This document shows positions 52,105 to 60,103 of a DNA stretch of 60,103 bases, in pieces. The position numbers and the translations under genes were made by a program. Numbering within the stretch: the first letter of the stretch is position 1; each line of letters starts with the position of its first letter. The notes below the pieces were generated by a model. It did not search any database and was not told the DNA's origin. It worked only from the letters and a program-made list of their open reading frames with translations. Source of the DNA: Gemmatimonadaceae bacterium (GTDB lineage Bacteria > Gemmatimonadota > Gemmatimonadetes > Gemmatimonadales > Gemmatimonadaceae); contig JBGAJQ010000029.1 of assembly GCA_044224875.1 (NCBI GenBank), positions 1-60,103 on the forward strand. The letters run 5' to 3'.

Positions 52105-52247
52105 GTCGTTTGCTCCAGTCCTCGGTCACACGGTGAACCTGTCCACCAATCGCGCTGTGATGTTTCTAATGCGGAAACAAGCGAGCTGACGTATATATCC
52201 ACGTCGAGCACAAGCTGCATAGAATGGGCGGATTCCCTGATCAATTG

Positions 52248-52709
52248 ATGGACAGTCGTGATCAACCTCGAACGTTTCGGATCGTGAGCGACCCCACCAG
52301 ACCTGCACCGCAAGTCCTGGTGATAGATGACGAGTCAACCATTCGCATGGCCCTCCGTCGCTTCTTCAGTCGGCTTGGCTGGGCAGTCGACGAAGCGGCA
52401 AGTGGAGAGGAAGCGCTAGAGAAGCTGCTGGCCGGTGAAGGTGATCGATATCGGCTGATCATCTGCGACCTCCGCATGCCCGGTCTGAGTGGCATCGACC
52501 TGCACGACCGCATTCAGGCGCAACGACCACACCTTCTGTCTCGACTCATCTTCTCCACCGGGGACCTCGTCTCGGAGGAAGTGGCAGGTTTCATTGAGAC
52601 GACCCACTGCCTGGTGTTGGAGAAGCCGTTTGAGCTGAGTTCACTGCTCGAGACAGTCCAGCGTATCTCCGATCGCAAGGACGACCTGCCGGAAGCACGC
52701 TCCGGTTGA
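52248..52709 (+). CDS. Stand-alone response regulator (single REC domain)
   Basis: VLVIDDE, CDLRMPG, FSTGD, EKPF; start uncertain (52248 or 52284). Confidence 0.85.
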   Translation: MDSRDQPRTFRIVSDPTRPAPQVLVIDDESTIRMALRRFFSRLGWAVDEAASGEEALEKLLAGEGDRYRLIICDLRMPGLSGIDLHDRIQAQRPHLLSRLIFSTGDLVSEEVAGFIETTHCLVLEKPFELSSLLETVQRISDRKDDLPEARSG

Positions 52710-52924
52710 GTCTCGGCGGGTAGCCTTCGCCGTGGGCGCCGCCTAACGATCTGTGCGCCCGAACAATCGACCGTGAGTACGTTCCTCCGGAGGGAACGCC
52801 ACTCGCCCGCCCATTGGGGGTGCAGGAACGCTGGCGTTCGCTCGGCGCACGATCGCATCGCGATCGGCCGGAAGGAGCGACACCGTGCTAGTGCAGGTCC
52901 ATGTTGCACTGGTATGCTTGTAGC

Positions 52925-53596
52925 GTGAGCGAACCGACCGCACGCGCCCTCCCACTCTTTCCCTTGCCGCTGGTGCTGTTTCCAGAGGCGCGCCTGCCGC
53001 TCCACATCTTTGAGCCGCGGTATCGCCAGATGCTCAGCGACGTGAGTTCGGGCCAACGTCAGTTTGGCATCGTGCGATATGACGGCAACCGCCCGGAGCA
53101 GGACATTCCGATCGGTATGGTCGGCTGCGTGGCCCATCTCGAGAGTGCGACCCGGCTGTCCGACGGCAGGTCAAACATCGTCGTTCGCGGTACCTGGCGC
53201 TTCGCGCTCGAACACCTCGCACCGTCTACGGCACCGTACCTCGTGGCCGTGGTCCGGCCGGTCTTTGACCGCGACGAGCCGGTCGCGGCGCTCGACGAGG
53301 CGGCAACCGCCCTCCGTCAGGTCGTACGGAGGGTCACGACCGCCGCCCGATCCATCGCCGACGAGGGCGCGGCCGAACAAGATCTGCCAACGGATCCTGG
53401 CCGCTTGTCATTTACCGTCGCTCAGTCCATCGACCTTGAACTCGACGTCAAGCAGCGCATTCTCGAAGATCTGTCCCCGCTGGGTCGCCTCCGGCAGCTC
53501 CACGAGTTGTTGGAACGGGTAACCAGTTCGGTTGAGGAGCGGGCGCTCGCCCACCAGCGAGCCAAATCGAACGGCCATGGACCGGCAACGGCGTAG
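52925..53596 (+). CDS. LON peptidase substrate-binding (N-terminal) domain protein
   Basis: LPLFPLPLVLFP..LPLHIFEPRYRQM, DGRSNIVVRG..RF, KQRILE. Confidence 0.9.
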   Translation: MSEPTARALPLFPLPLVLFPEARLPLHIFEPRYRQMLSDVSSGQRQFGIVRYDGNRPEQDIPIGMVGCVAHLESATRLSDGRSNIVVRGTWRFALEHLAPSTAPYLVAVVRPVFDRDEPVAALDEAATALRQVVRRVTTAARSIADEGAAEQDLPTDPGRLSFTVAQSIDLELDVKQRILEDLSPLGRLRQLHELLERVTSSVEERALAHQRAKSNGHGPATA

Positions 53597-53599
53597 CGC

Positions 53600-55024
53600 A
53601 TGAGCCTGACCGCCAGCGTTGTCGATCGGCTTCGAGATATCGTCGGGCGACGTCACGTCCTCGAGCGAACCGGAGAGCTCTTCGTGTACACCGCCGATGG
53701 ACTCCCTGGATATCGAAAGCACCCTGCCCTTGCCGTCTTTCCCGGAACGCGCCAGGAGACCATCGCGGTGGTGCGTGCGCTCTCGGCGGCCGGCGTTGCG
53801 TTCGTTCCGCGCGGCGCCGGCACCGGCCTGTCCGGTGGTGCCCTCGCCGACGGCGTCGCACTGCTTGGCCTGAACCGGTTGAACCGCATCGTCGACATCG
53901 ACGCGGCGAATCGAACGGCGACCGTGGAACCCGGAGTCGTGAACGCTCATCTGACGCGCGCGGTAGCGCCACACGACCTGCACTACGCACCCGATCCGTC
54001 CAGTCAGGCCGCGTGCACCATCGGCGGAAACGTGGCCGAAAACGCCGGAGGACCGCACTGCCTGAAGTACGGCGTCACGCTGAACCACGTGCTGCAGGCG
54101 ACCGTCCTCCTTCCTGATGGCGAGGTGGTTACGCTCGGGAACGCCTCCGGTGAGTGCGAAGGCTACGACCTGCTCGGCGCGTTTGTTGGCTCCGAGGGCT
54201 GCTTCGGTGTCGCGTTGGACGTGACGGTTCGACTCACTCGGAATCCGCAGGGCGTTCGCACGATGCTCGCCGACTTCAGCTCCATTGAAAGTGCGGCACG
54301 TGCCGTGTCGGCCGTCATCGCCAGCGGTATCGTTCCCGCCGCACTGGAGATGATGGACGCCGGCACCATTCGAGCCGTCGAGTCGTCGGTGTATGCCGCG
54401 GGCTATCCCGTCGACGCCGCCGCCGTGCTCTTGATCGAGATCGATGGGCTGGTCGCCGGCCTGGACGACGACTCTGACTTGATCAGTCGACTCTGTCGCG
54501 AGGCAGGAGCGCGGACGGTGCGTGTCGCCGCCGAGGCCAGCGAGCGCGCGCGATTGTGGCAGGGACGCAAGAAGGCCTTTGGCGCCATGGGGAGACTTTC
54601 GTCTCATCTCGTCGTGCAGGACGCCGTGGTCCCGCGTACGAGACTTCCGGCCATCCTCGGTGAGATCGACGAGATCGCGACTCGCCGCCGCATCACGGTA
54701 TGCAACGTCTTTCACGCTGGCGACGGCAACCTCCACCCGAACATCCCGTACAACGCACACGACCCGGAAGAGAGTGCGCGCGTCCATACCGCGATGAAAG
54801 AGATCATGCACGCGTGTGTTGCCGCTGGCGGCACCGTGACCGGCGAGCATGGCATTGGCCTCGACAAACTCGACTACATGGACCTCGTCTTTGGAGCCAC
54901 GTCACTGAACGCGATGTGTCGACTTCGCGAGGTGTTCGATCCACGGCGCCTTGCGAATCCCGGCAAGGTGGTCCCGCTCCGATCGTGTCGTGAATGGCAC
55001 GGGGCGCCGGGGGTCCGTCCGTGA
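53600..55024 (+). CDS. glcD: Glycolate oxidase FAD-linked subunit GlcD
   Basis: PRGAGTGLSGG, PDPSSQ, AENAGGPHCLKYG, GSEG, HAGDGNLHP, GEHGIG, NPGK. Confidence 0.9.
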   Translation: MSLTASVVDRLRDIVGRRHVLERTGELFVYTADGLPGYRKHPALAVFPGTRQETIAVVRALSAAGVAFVPRGAGTGLSGGALADGVALLGLNRLNRIVDIDAANRTATVEPGVVNAHLTRAVAPHDLHYAPDPSSQAACTIGGNVAENAGGPHCLKYGVTLNHVLQATVLLPDGEVVTLGNASGECEGYDLLGAFVGSEGCFGVALDVTVRLTRNPQGVRTMLADFSSIESAARAVSAVIASGIVPAALEMMDAGTIRAVESSVYAAGYPVDAAAVLLIEIDGLVAGLDDDSDLISRLCREAGARTVRVAAEASERARLWQGRKKAFGAMGRLSSHLVVQDAVVPRTRLPAILGEIDEIATRRRITVCNVFHAGDGNLHPNIPYNAHDPEESARVHTAMKEIMHACVAAGGTVTGEHGIGLDKLDYMDLVFGATSLNAMCRLREVFDPRRLANPGKVVPLRSCREWHGAPGVRP

Positions 55025-56172
55025 GCAGCAGCGTTGCGGTCACTTCCGTTGAACAGCTCGCGGCCGTCATAACCGATGCCAACCGCTCGAAGTCTCCCCT
55101 ACGCGTGGCCGCCGGTGCGCACTGGCTCGATGCCGGACGGCCAGTCGACGCCGGCCAGCAGGTGGACCTTGCGACACTTCAGGGCGTTGTCGAGTACACC
55201 CCAGGCGACCTAACGCTGACTGCCCTGAGCGGAACATCCCTGACTGATCTCGATGCCGCAACTCGAGCCCATGGGCAGTGGATCACGCTGGACCCCCACG
55301 GGTCCCGCAGCGGAACGCTCGGCGCTACGCTGGCAACGGCCAGCAGTGGACCCCTCGCCGCATCGTTCGGGACACCTCGGGACATCGCCCTCGGTCTCAC
55401 GTTCGTGAACGGCGAAGGTGAGGTGATCCGCGCGGGCGGTCGTGTCGTGAAGAACGTGGCCGGATTCGACCTGGTGCGCCTGCTGATCGGGGCATGGGGC
55501 ACACTCGGTGTGCTGACGGAAGCTACGGTCCGTGTCCGCGCCGTTCCTGCGATGGACCTGACGGTGCACGCTGTCGTCCCATCCGGGCGAGCAGAGCTGG
55601 CCGAGCGCCTGCGGGCGTATCGGGATGCACCCACGACTCCACTGGCGATCCAGCTGGTGAACGGCACGCTCTCACAGGCGATTGGGCTCGGCCGCAACCC
55701 GCTCCTGCTGGTCCGCCTCGCCGGGAATGCGGCGAGCGTGGCCGCGCAACGGGACATCCTCAATCGCATCGCTTCCCTGGAGGATGCGCCGAGTGACGTG
55801 TGGAGCAAACTGGCCGAGTGGAACGACGCTGGTTGCCGAACGCTTCGCATTTCCACGCGACCGTCGGAGCTGTCAGGCCTCTGGCTGGAGGTTGTCCACC
55901 AACTCGGTTCAGACGGCGTCGCGCTGAGTGCCGTAGTGACTCGCGGGACGATTCGTGTGGCGGCCCCACCGGGGCACGATCAGGCGCTCCGGGCGATGAT
56001 CGCGAGCCTTCCGGTCGGAACAAGCGTGGTGCTCGAGCGAGTACCGAACGACCTCTGGACGGCGCAGCATCGACCCGCGGACGTGCTCTCACGGCGCGTC
56101 CGCCAAGCGTTTGACCCCAACCGAATCCTCAACCGAGGCATCCTCGGCCTTGACGAAGGAGCTGCGTCATGA
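55021..56172 (+). CDS. glcE: Glycolate oxidase FAD-binding subunit GlcE
   Basis: EYTPGDLT, GGRVVKNVAGFDL, FDPNRILN; GTGA overlap with glcD. Confidence 0.88.
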   Translation: MSSSVAVTSVEQLAAVITDANRSKSPLRVAAGAHWLDAGRPVDAGQQVDLATLQGVVEYTPGDLTLTALSGTSLTDLDAATRAHGQWITLDPHGSRSGTLGATLATASSGPLAASFGTPRDIALGLTFVNGEGEVIRAGGRVVKNVAGFDLVRLLIGAWGTLGVLTEATVRVRAVPAMDLTVHAVVPSGRAELAERLRAYRDAPTTPLAIQLVNGTLSQAIGLGRNPLLLVRLAGNAASVAAQRDILNRIASLEDAPSDVWSKLAEWNDAGCRTLRISTRPSELSGLWLEVVHQLGSDGVALSAVVTRGTIRVAAPPGHDQALRAMIASLPVGTSVVLERVPNDLWTAQHRPADVLSRRVRQAFDPNRILNRGILGLDEGAAS

Positions 56173-57467
56173 GCCCGCCTAACGTATCGCCGGTGCGGGC
56201 GACACCGCTCGGCATGGCGGCCTCAGGACTTGATCGGTGCGTCCACTGCGGATTCTGTCTGCAGGCCTGTCCGACATACCTCGTGCTGGAAGACGAGAAC
56301 GACTCGCCCCGCGGGCGCCTCTTGCTGATGCGTGGCGTGCTGGAAGGTGAGTTGCCGATCGATGATTCCTCCGTGCGCACGCACCTGGACCGCTGTCTCG
56401 GCTGCCGAGCATGCGAGAGCGCCTGCCCGAGCGGGGTGCCGTACGGCCAGTTGTTGGAAGCGGCGCGGGAGACGTTGGTGCAGCGTCGACGACTCCCTCC
56501 TGTGGCTCGCGTGATGCTCGCGATCTTCGCGCGACCAAGACTGCTCGGGGCGGTGCTCGCCGGCGCACGCCTGTTCCGCCTGACGGGCCTGGCGAAGGCG
56601 CTGGCTCGCGCCCCTGGCCGTCTTGGTTTCGCCTCCGCCATGCTGGCGTCGACATCGTCACCTCCAACGCCACCGTATGATGCGTCCGGCGATAGAAGTC
56701 GCGGCGTCACAGGTGTGCTCGACGGTTGCGTGATGAAGGAGCTGTTCGAGTCGACGAACCGTGCAACGCACCGCGTCCTGTTGGTAAACGGCTACGACGT
56801 GCGCAACGTGCCCCACCAACGATGTTGTGGCGCCTTGCACCTGCATGCGGGCGACGCAGAAACGGCTCGGGCCCTCGCTCGGGCCAACATCGCCGCGTTC
56901 GAACGCGCCGGTGTGGAGTACGTTGCCGTCAACGCCAGTGGTTGTGGCGCCACGATGAAGGAGTACGGCCACCTGTTGCACGACGACCCGGCGTGGAAGG
57001 ATCGAGCGCTGCGGTTTGCTTCGCGGGTGCGGGACGTGTCTGAGCTGTTGGCAGCGGCCGGTCCAGCGCCGGGCGCGCGCATCGACGTCGGCGCCGTGAC
57101 CTATGACCCGCCGTGCCATCTGCTGCACGCACAGCGCGTCGCGACAGCGCCACTGGCCGTGCTCAGGGCCATTCCAGACCTAACGATCGTTCCGCTGGCA
57201 GACGAGGACAAGTGCTGCGGCAGCGCGGGCATCTATAACCTCGTGCAGCCCGACGTCTCCAACGCAGTGCTGGAAAACAAGCTGGCGAATATCCGGGAGA
57301 CCGGGACACAGGTCGTGGCGACCGGCAATCCAGGGTGCTTGATGCAGATTGGCGCCGGCCTGTTGCGCACGCAGAGTGCGACGGAGGTGCGCCACCCCGT
57401 CGACCTGCTCGACGCGTCCTACGCCGCGCGCGCCCCCGTGCATCATGCCGCGACCCACGGGGCGTAG
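56169..57467 (+). CDS. glcF: Glycolate oxidase Fe-S subunit GlcF
   Basis: CVHCGFCLQACPTY, CLGCRACESACPSGV, two CCG motifs, NPGC. Confidence 0.9.
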   Translation: MSPPNVSPVRATPLGMAASGLDRCVHCGFCLQACPTYLVLEDENDSPRGRLLLMRGVLEGELPIDDSSVRTHLDRCLGCRACESACPSGVPYGQLLEAARETLVQRRRLPPVARVMLAIFARPRLLGAVLAGARLFRLTGLAKALARAPGRLGFASAMLASTSSPPTPPYDASGDRSRGVTGVLDGCVMKELFESTNRATHRVLLVNGYDVRNVPHQRCCGALHLHAGDAETARALARANIAAFERAGVEYVAVNASGCGATMKEYGHLLHDDPAWKDRALRFASRVRDVSELLAAAGPAPGARIDVGAVTYDPPCHLLHAQRVATAPLAVLRAIPDLTIVPLADEDKCCGSAGIYNLVQPDVSNAVLENKLANIRETGTQVVATGNPGCLMQIGAGLLRTQSATEVRHPVDLLDASYAARAPVHHAATHGA

Positions 57468-57500
57468 CGCAGACGAGCGTACCCCGTTAGTTCTTCGAGT

Positions 57501-58193
57501 ATGCTGGATACGGTGCTCTTTGAGTTCGATGGGGTTCTCGTCGACACAGTTGAAGCTCGACGCGACGCGCTCGTTGCGGCGCTCGTCGGCGAAGGCATCC
57601 ATGTTTCGGCTGACGAGTATCACGAGCACTGCGCCGGATATGCCTTCGATGAAGCCGCCACCGCTGTCCTGCATGCGCGCGGCGTCGTGTTCGATGACAC
57701 CCTTGTCGCGTTGATTACGGCGCGCGCCGAGCGCGCCTTTCGCGCGTACGTGGGAAAAGGGGTGACATTGGTCGATGGGATCCGCGACATGATCGACCGC
57801 CTGCCGCCCGTGGCGCGACTCGGCATCGTCTCTCGCACGAGTCGCCAGGAAATCGCGTTGGTGTTGTCGCTTGCTCGGTTGGAACACGCTTTCACTTGCG
57901 TGATTGGAGCCGAGGACGCATTTCCGCCAAAGCCCTCCGCTTCACCGTACCAGACCGCCATCGCACGGCTCGCGAAACATCGGCCACCCCGCGCCCGCGC
58001 CCTGACGCTCGCCATCGAGGATTCCTGGCAAGGCATACGCTCGGCGCGGAGTGCTGGCCTCCGTTGTGTTGCGGTGGGACCCTTGCCGGCGCACGTCGCC
58101 ATGGAAGCCGACGCGTTCGTTCCGGATCTTCGGGGCATGACGGCTGAGTCGCTGGAGGCCCTTGTGATTGGGAGTCAGGAACGGATTCCGTGA
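57501..58193 (+). CDS. HAD-superfamily hydrolase-like protein
   Basis: VLFEFDGVLVDT (first Asp replaced by Glu), KP, IEDS. Confidence 0.82.
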   Translation: MLDTVLFEFDGVLVDTVEARRDALVAALVGEGIHVSADEYHEHCAGYAFDEAATAVLHARGVVFDDTLVALITARAERAFRAYVGKGVTLVDGIRDMIDRLPPVARLGIVSRTSRQEIALVLSLARLEHAFTCVIGAEDAFPPKPSASPYQTAIARLAKHRPPRARALTLAIEDSWQGIRSARSAGLRCVAVGPLPAHVAMEADAFVPDLRGMTAESLEALVIGSQERIP

Positions 58194-59245
58194 GTCAACC
58201 GGCGCTGCAAGCCACCGTGGATGCGGCGAACCCTTATGGCCTGCCGCCGACCACGTCGAGCCTCAACGAGGAATATGAGGCAGCGCAGCTGGGTGCCATC
58301 TCCGTCAGCCGCACCGCCCGCGGACGCATGCGTCTCATGGGAGACCGGGCGCGCGAAGTGCTCACCGGCTTGGTGACCAACGATATCGTGAGCGTGACAG
58401 CAGGCCAAGGCGCGTACGCCGCCGCCCTCACGGCAAAGGGAAAGATCATCGCCGACCTCCGTACGTACGCGCGCGAGAGTGAGCTGTGGATGGACACCAA
58501 CCCGATGGCGTGGGCGGGCTGGTGGCTGACCGTACGGAAGTACATCAATCCGAGGCTCGCGAAGTACGAGGACCTGACGACCGCCTACGACACGACGAGC
58601 GTCTATGGCGCGGATTCGGTTCGATTGGTTGGCCAGGCGCTGGGCCTGCCCGACGCGCTGCTCGCCGCCCTTCCGCACTACGGGCACTGCGCCTTCGGCG
58701 AGGGAGAACGACGAGACGGGTTTGTGGCCCGCGTCCCCGACACGTCCCTCGACGGATTCGACATCTGGGTCAGCACGGATCGCTCACCTTGGCTGCATGA
58801 GCGCCTGCGAGGCGTGGGTGTTCAACCTGGCGGCGCCCTCGTGTCGGACGTCCTTCGCGTCGAAGCGGGCCGGCCCGAATGGGGCCTCGACATGGATGAC
58901 AACACACTCGCCCAGGAAGCCAACATGGACGAGCTGCACGCCATCTCTTACACGAAGGGCTGCTACACCGGACAGGAGACCGTCGCGCGCGTGCACTTTC
59001 GCGGGCACGTGAACAGGAACCTGCGCGGACTGCGCCTCGATCAGCGCGAACTCCCGGCGCGTGGAAGCGATGTGCGCAACGCAGAGGGTACCGTCATCGG
59101 GGACATCCGCAGCGCCGTCATCTCTCCTCGCCTCGGAGCCATCGCCTTGGCTATGCTCCGCCGTGAAGTCGTCAACGGCGATCACGTGGTGCTCTCATCG
59201 GAAGGACCACTCGTGGCTGAGGTTGTCGAGTTGCCGTTTGCCTGA
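58190..59245 (+). CDS. ygfZ: YgfZ/GcvT-like folate-binding protein
   Basis: LVTND, KGKIIAD, RVEAGRP, signature KGCYTGQE. Confidence 0.88.
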   Translation: MSQPALQATVDAANPYGLPPTTSSLNEEYEAAQLGAISVSRTARGRMRLMGDRAREVLTGLVTNDIVSVTAGQGAYAAALTAKGKIIADLRTYARESELWMDTNPMAWAGWWLTVRKYINPRLAKYEDLTTAYDTTSVYGADSVRLVGQALGLPDALLAALPHYGHCAFGEGERRDGFVARVPDTSLDGFDIWVSTDRSPWLHERLRGVGVQPGGALVSDVLRVEAGRPEWGLDMDDNTLAQEANMDELHAISYTKGCYTGQETVARVHFRGHVNRNLRGLRLDQRELPARGSDVRNAEGTVIGDIRSAVISPRLGAIALAMLRREVVNGDHVVLSSEGPLVAEVVELPFA

Positions 59246-59262
59246 GTCGACGGAGGGCAAAC

Positions 59263-59298
59263 GAAGCGGGGCGCGACCGAGTGGTCGCGCCCCGCTTC
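59263..59298. terminator. Hairpin between convergent genes, probable bidirectional terminator
   Basis: GAAGCGGGGCGCGACC-GAGT-GGTCGCGCCCCGCTTC, a perfect 16-bp stem. Confidence 0.8.
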
Positions 59299-59318
59299 AC
59301 TTCCAGGATCTTTCCTGA

Positions 59319-59495
59319 TTACATCTTCTTGGCGGAATCCATCTTCATCGTGGAGTCCATCTTCATCGCGGTGTCAACAGCGGCCGGAGCCGGGGCCATG
59401 GCGGGAGCAGCGGCGCTATCAGCAGCCGGAGCCGCTTCCTTCTTGGCGCAGGCGGCGATGGCGAAAACGGCGGCGACGAGGGCAAGGCGCTTCAT
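59319..59495 (-). CDS. Small lipoprotein (58 aa), Ala/Pro-rich with MKMDS repeats
   Basis: Below the ORF-track cutoff. Manual translation: MKRLALVAAVFAIAACAKKEAAPAADSAAAPAMAPAPAAVDTAMKMDSTMKMDSAKKM*. Lipobox IAAC, AGGAG ribosome-binding site upstream, ends just before the hairpin. Confidence 0.85.
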   Translation of the reverse strand: MKRLALVAAVFAIAACAKKEAAPAADSAAAPAMAPAPAAVDTAMKMDSTMKMDSAKKM

Positions 59496-59718
59496 GTGGT
59501 AGTCTCCTGAGGGAGTTCGAGAAGGGGGTACGACTTTCCTGGCAACAAGTGTCGCCGCGATGCGGTTGCGGAACGACGGGCACGCCTAACGACATTAGCA
59601 AAAGACTCAAACGCCAAGCCAGCACGCGCAACAACGCGACCTTGGCGCTTATCCTCCAGACGCATATGAGCGGAGCCGCCACCGGTCGGCGACGGCACCG
59701 TTCAAATACTCGCGCAAA

Positions 59719-59746
59719 AATTTACGATAACCGGCCTCGATGTCAA
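59719..59746 (-). promoter_or_regulatory. Putative sigma70 promoter upstream of the small lipoprotein gene
   Basis: Minus strand TTGACA-N16-TAAATT in an AT-rich patch. Confidence 0.45.
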
Positions 59747-60103
59747 GGGTTATCCAGCGTCCAAGTTCAAGAATGCCAACGTCTTTCATGCTGATCGCCT
59801 CGGTGTGAAATGCGCCCGGATCCCTCCACGCGCGAAGCCTCACCGACCACTGTGGGCGGCTCATCGCGTTAGACCGCCATTTGGCAACGACTTAACGAAC
59901 CGCGAAATGCCCGAGGCCCGGGACCTCCTCGGAATGGGTGTGAAGAGGTAAGGTCGAGATCGGGACACCTGCTCCATCCGGCGCTCGCGGCATCTCGTCC
60001 GCCGAGCCGCTCATCGCTTCGTCACACAGCCGCGGGGACACCCGTCGTTCACGCCGGTTGGACGGCGTCTCTGGACTACCGTAGTGGCGCGACGGTCCGT
60101 CGC

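Noticed and set aside
59281..59502. Plus-strand 73-aa ORF in the track
   Set aside because: It is the antisense shadow of the small lipoprotein gene, which has the RBS, lipobox and terminator support.

Overview
About 60 kb of GC-rich bacterial chromosome (roughly two-thirds GC by eye), probably Gemmatimonadota; that assignment is inferred from gene content and order and not tested. It is densely coding and mostly core genome. In order: an LPS/envelope operon (PorX-like regulator, msbA-like ABC transporter, three glycosyltransferases); a truncated, degenerate DnaB paralogue; yebC-ruvC-ruvA, separated from ruvB-queA-tgt-yajC-def-fmt-rsmB-PASTA-rpe-tlpA-tsaD-lgt by an aminotransferase and two PAS-GGDEF-EAL genes; a di-haem cytochrome c/FTR1 iron permease; an acpS/CYTH/HAD/DMT operon; a ~13.6 kb operon joining a TamA/TamB-like pair to a hybrid kinase, a GAFTGA-less enhancer-binding protein and a small Cys-rich protein; then fnr/pduO/aroB, an alternative sigma70-family factor, glcDEF, ygfZ and a 58-aa lipoprotein missed by the ORF track. 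I saw no rRNA, tRNA, CRISPR, integrase or transposase. The main signal that the genes do not explain is a dispersed, non-palindromic heptamer, 5'-CGTTAGG-3' (usually CGTTAGGY). I counted 45 perfect copies by hand, about one per 1.3 kb. They lie on both strands, in all six coding registers, in stop codons and in intergenic DNA, often using otherwise rare codons such as TTA and CTA. This is how DNA-level selected motifs behave (DNA uptake sequences, HIP1), and it is the best candidate for an undescribed system.
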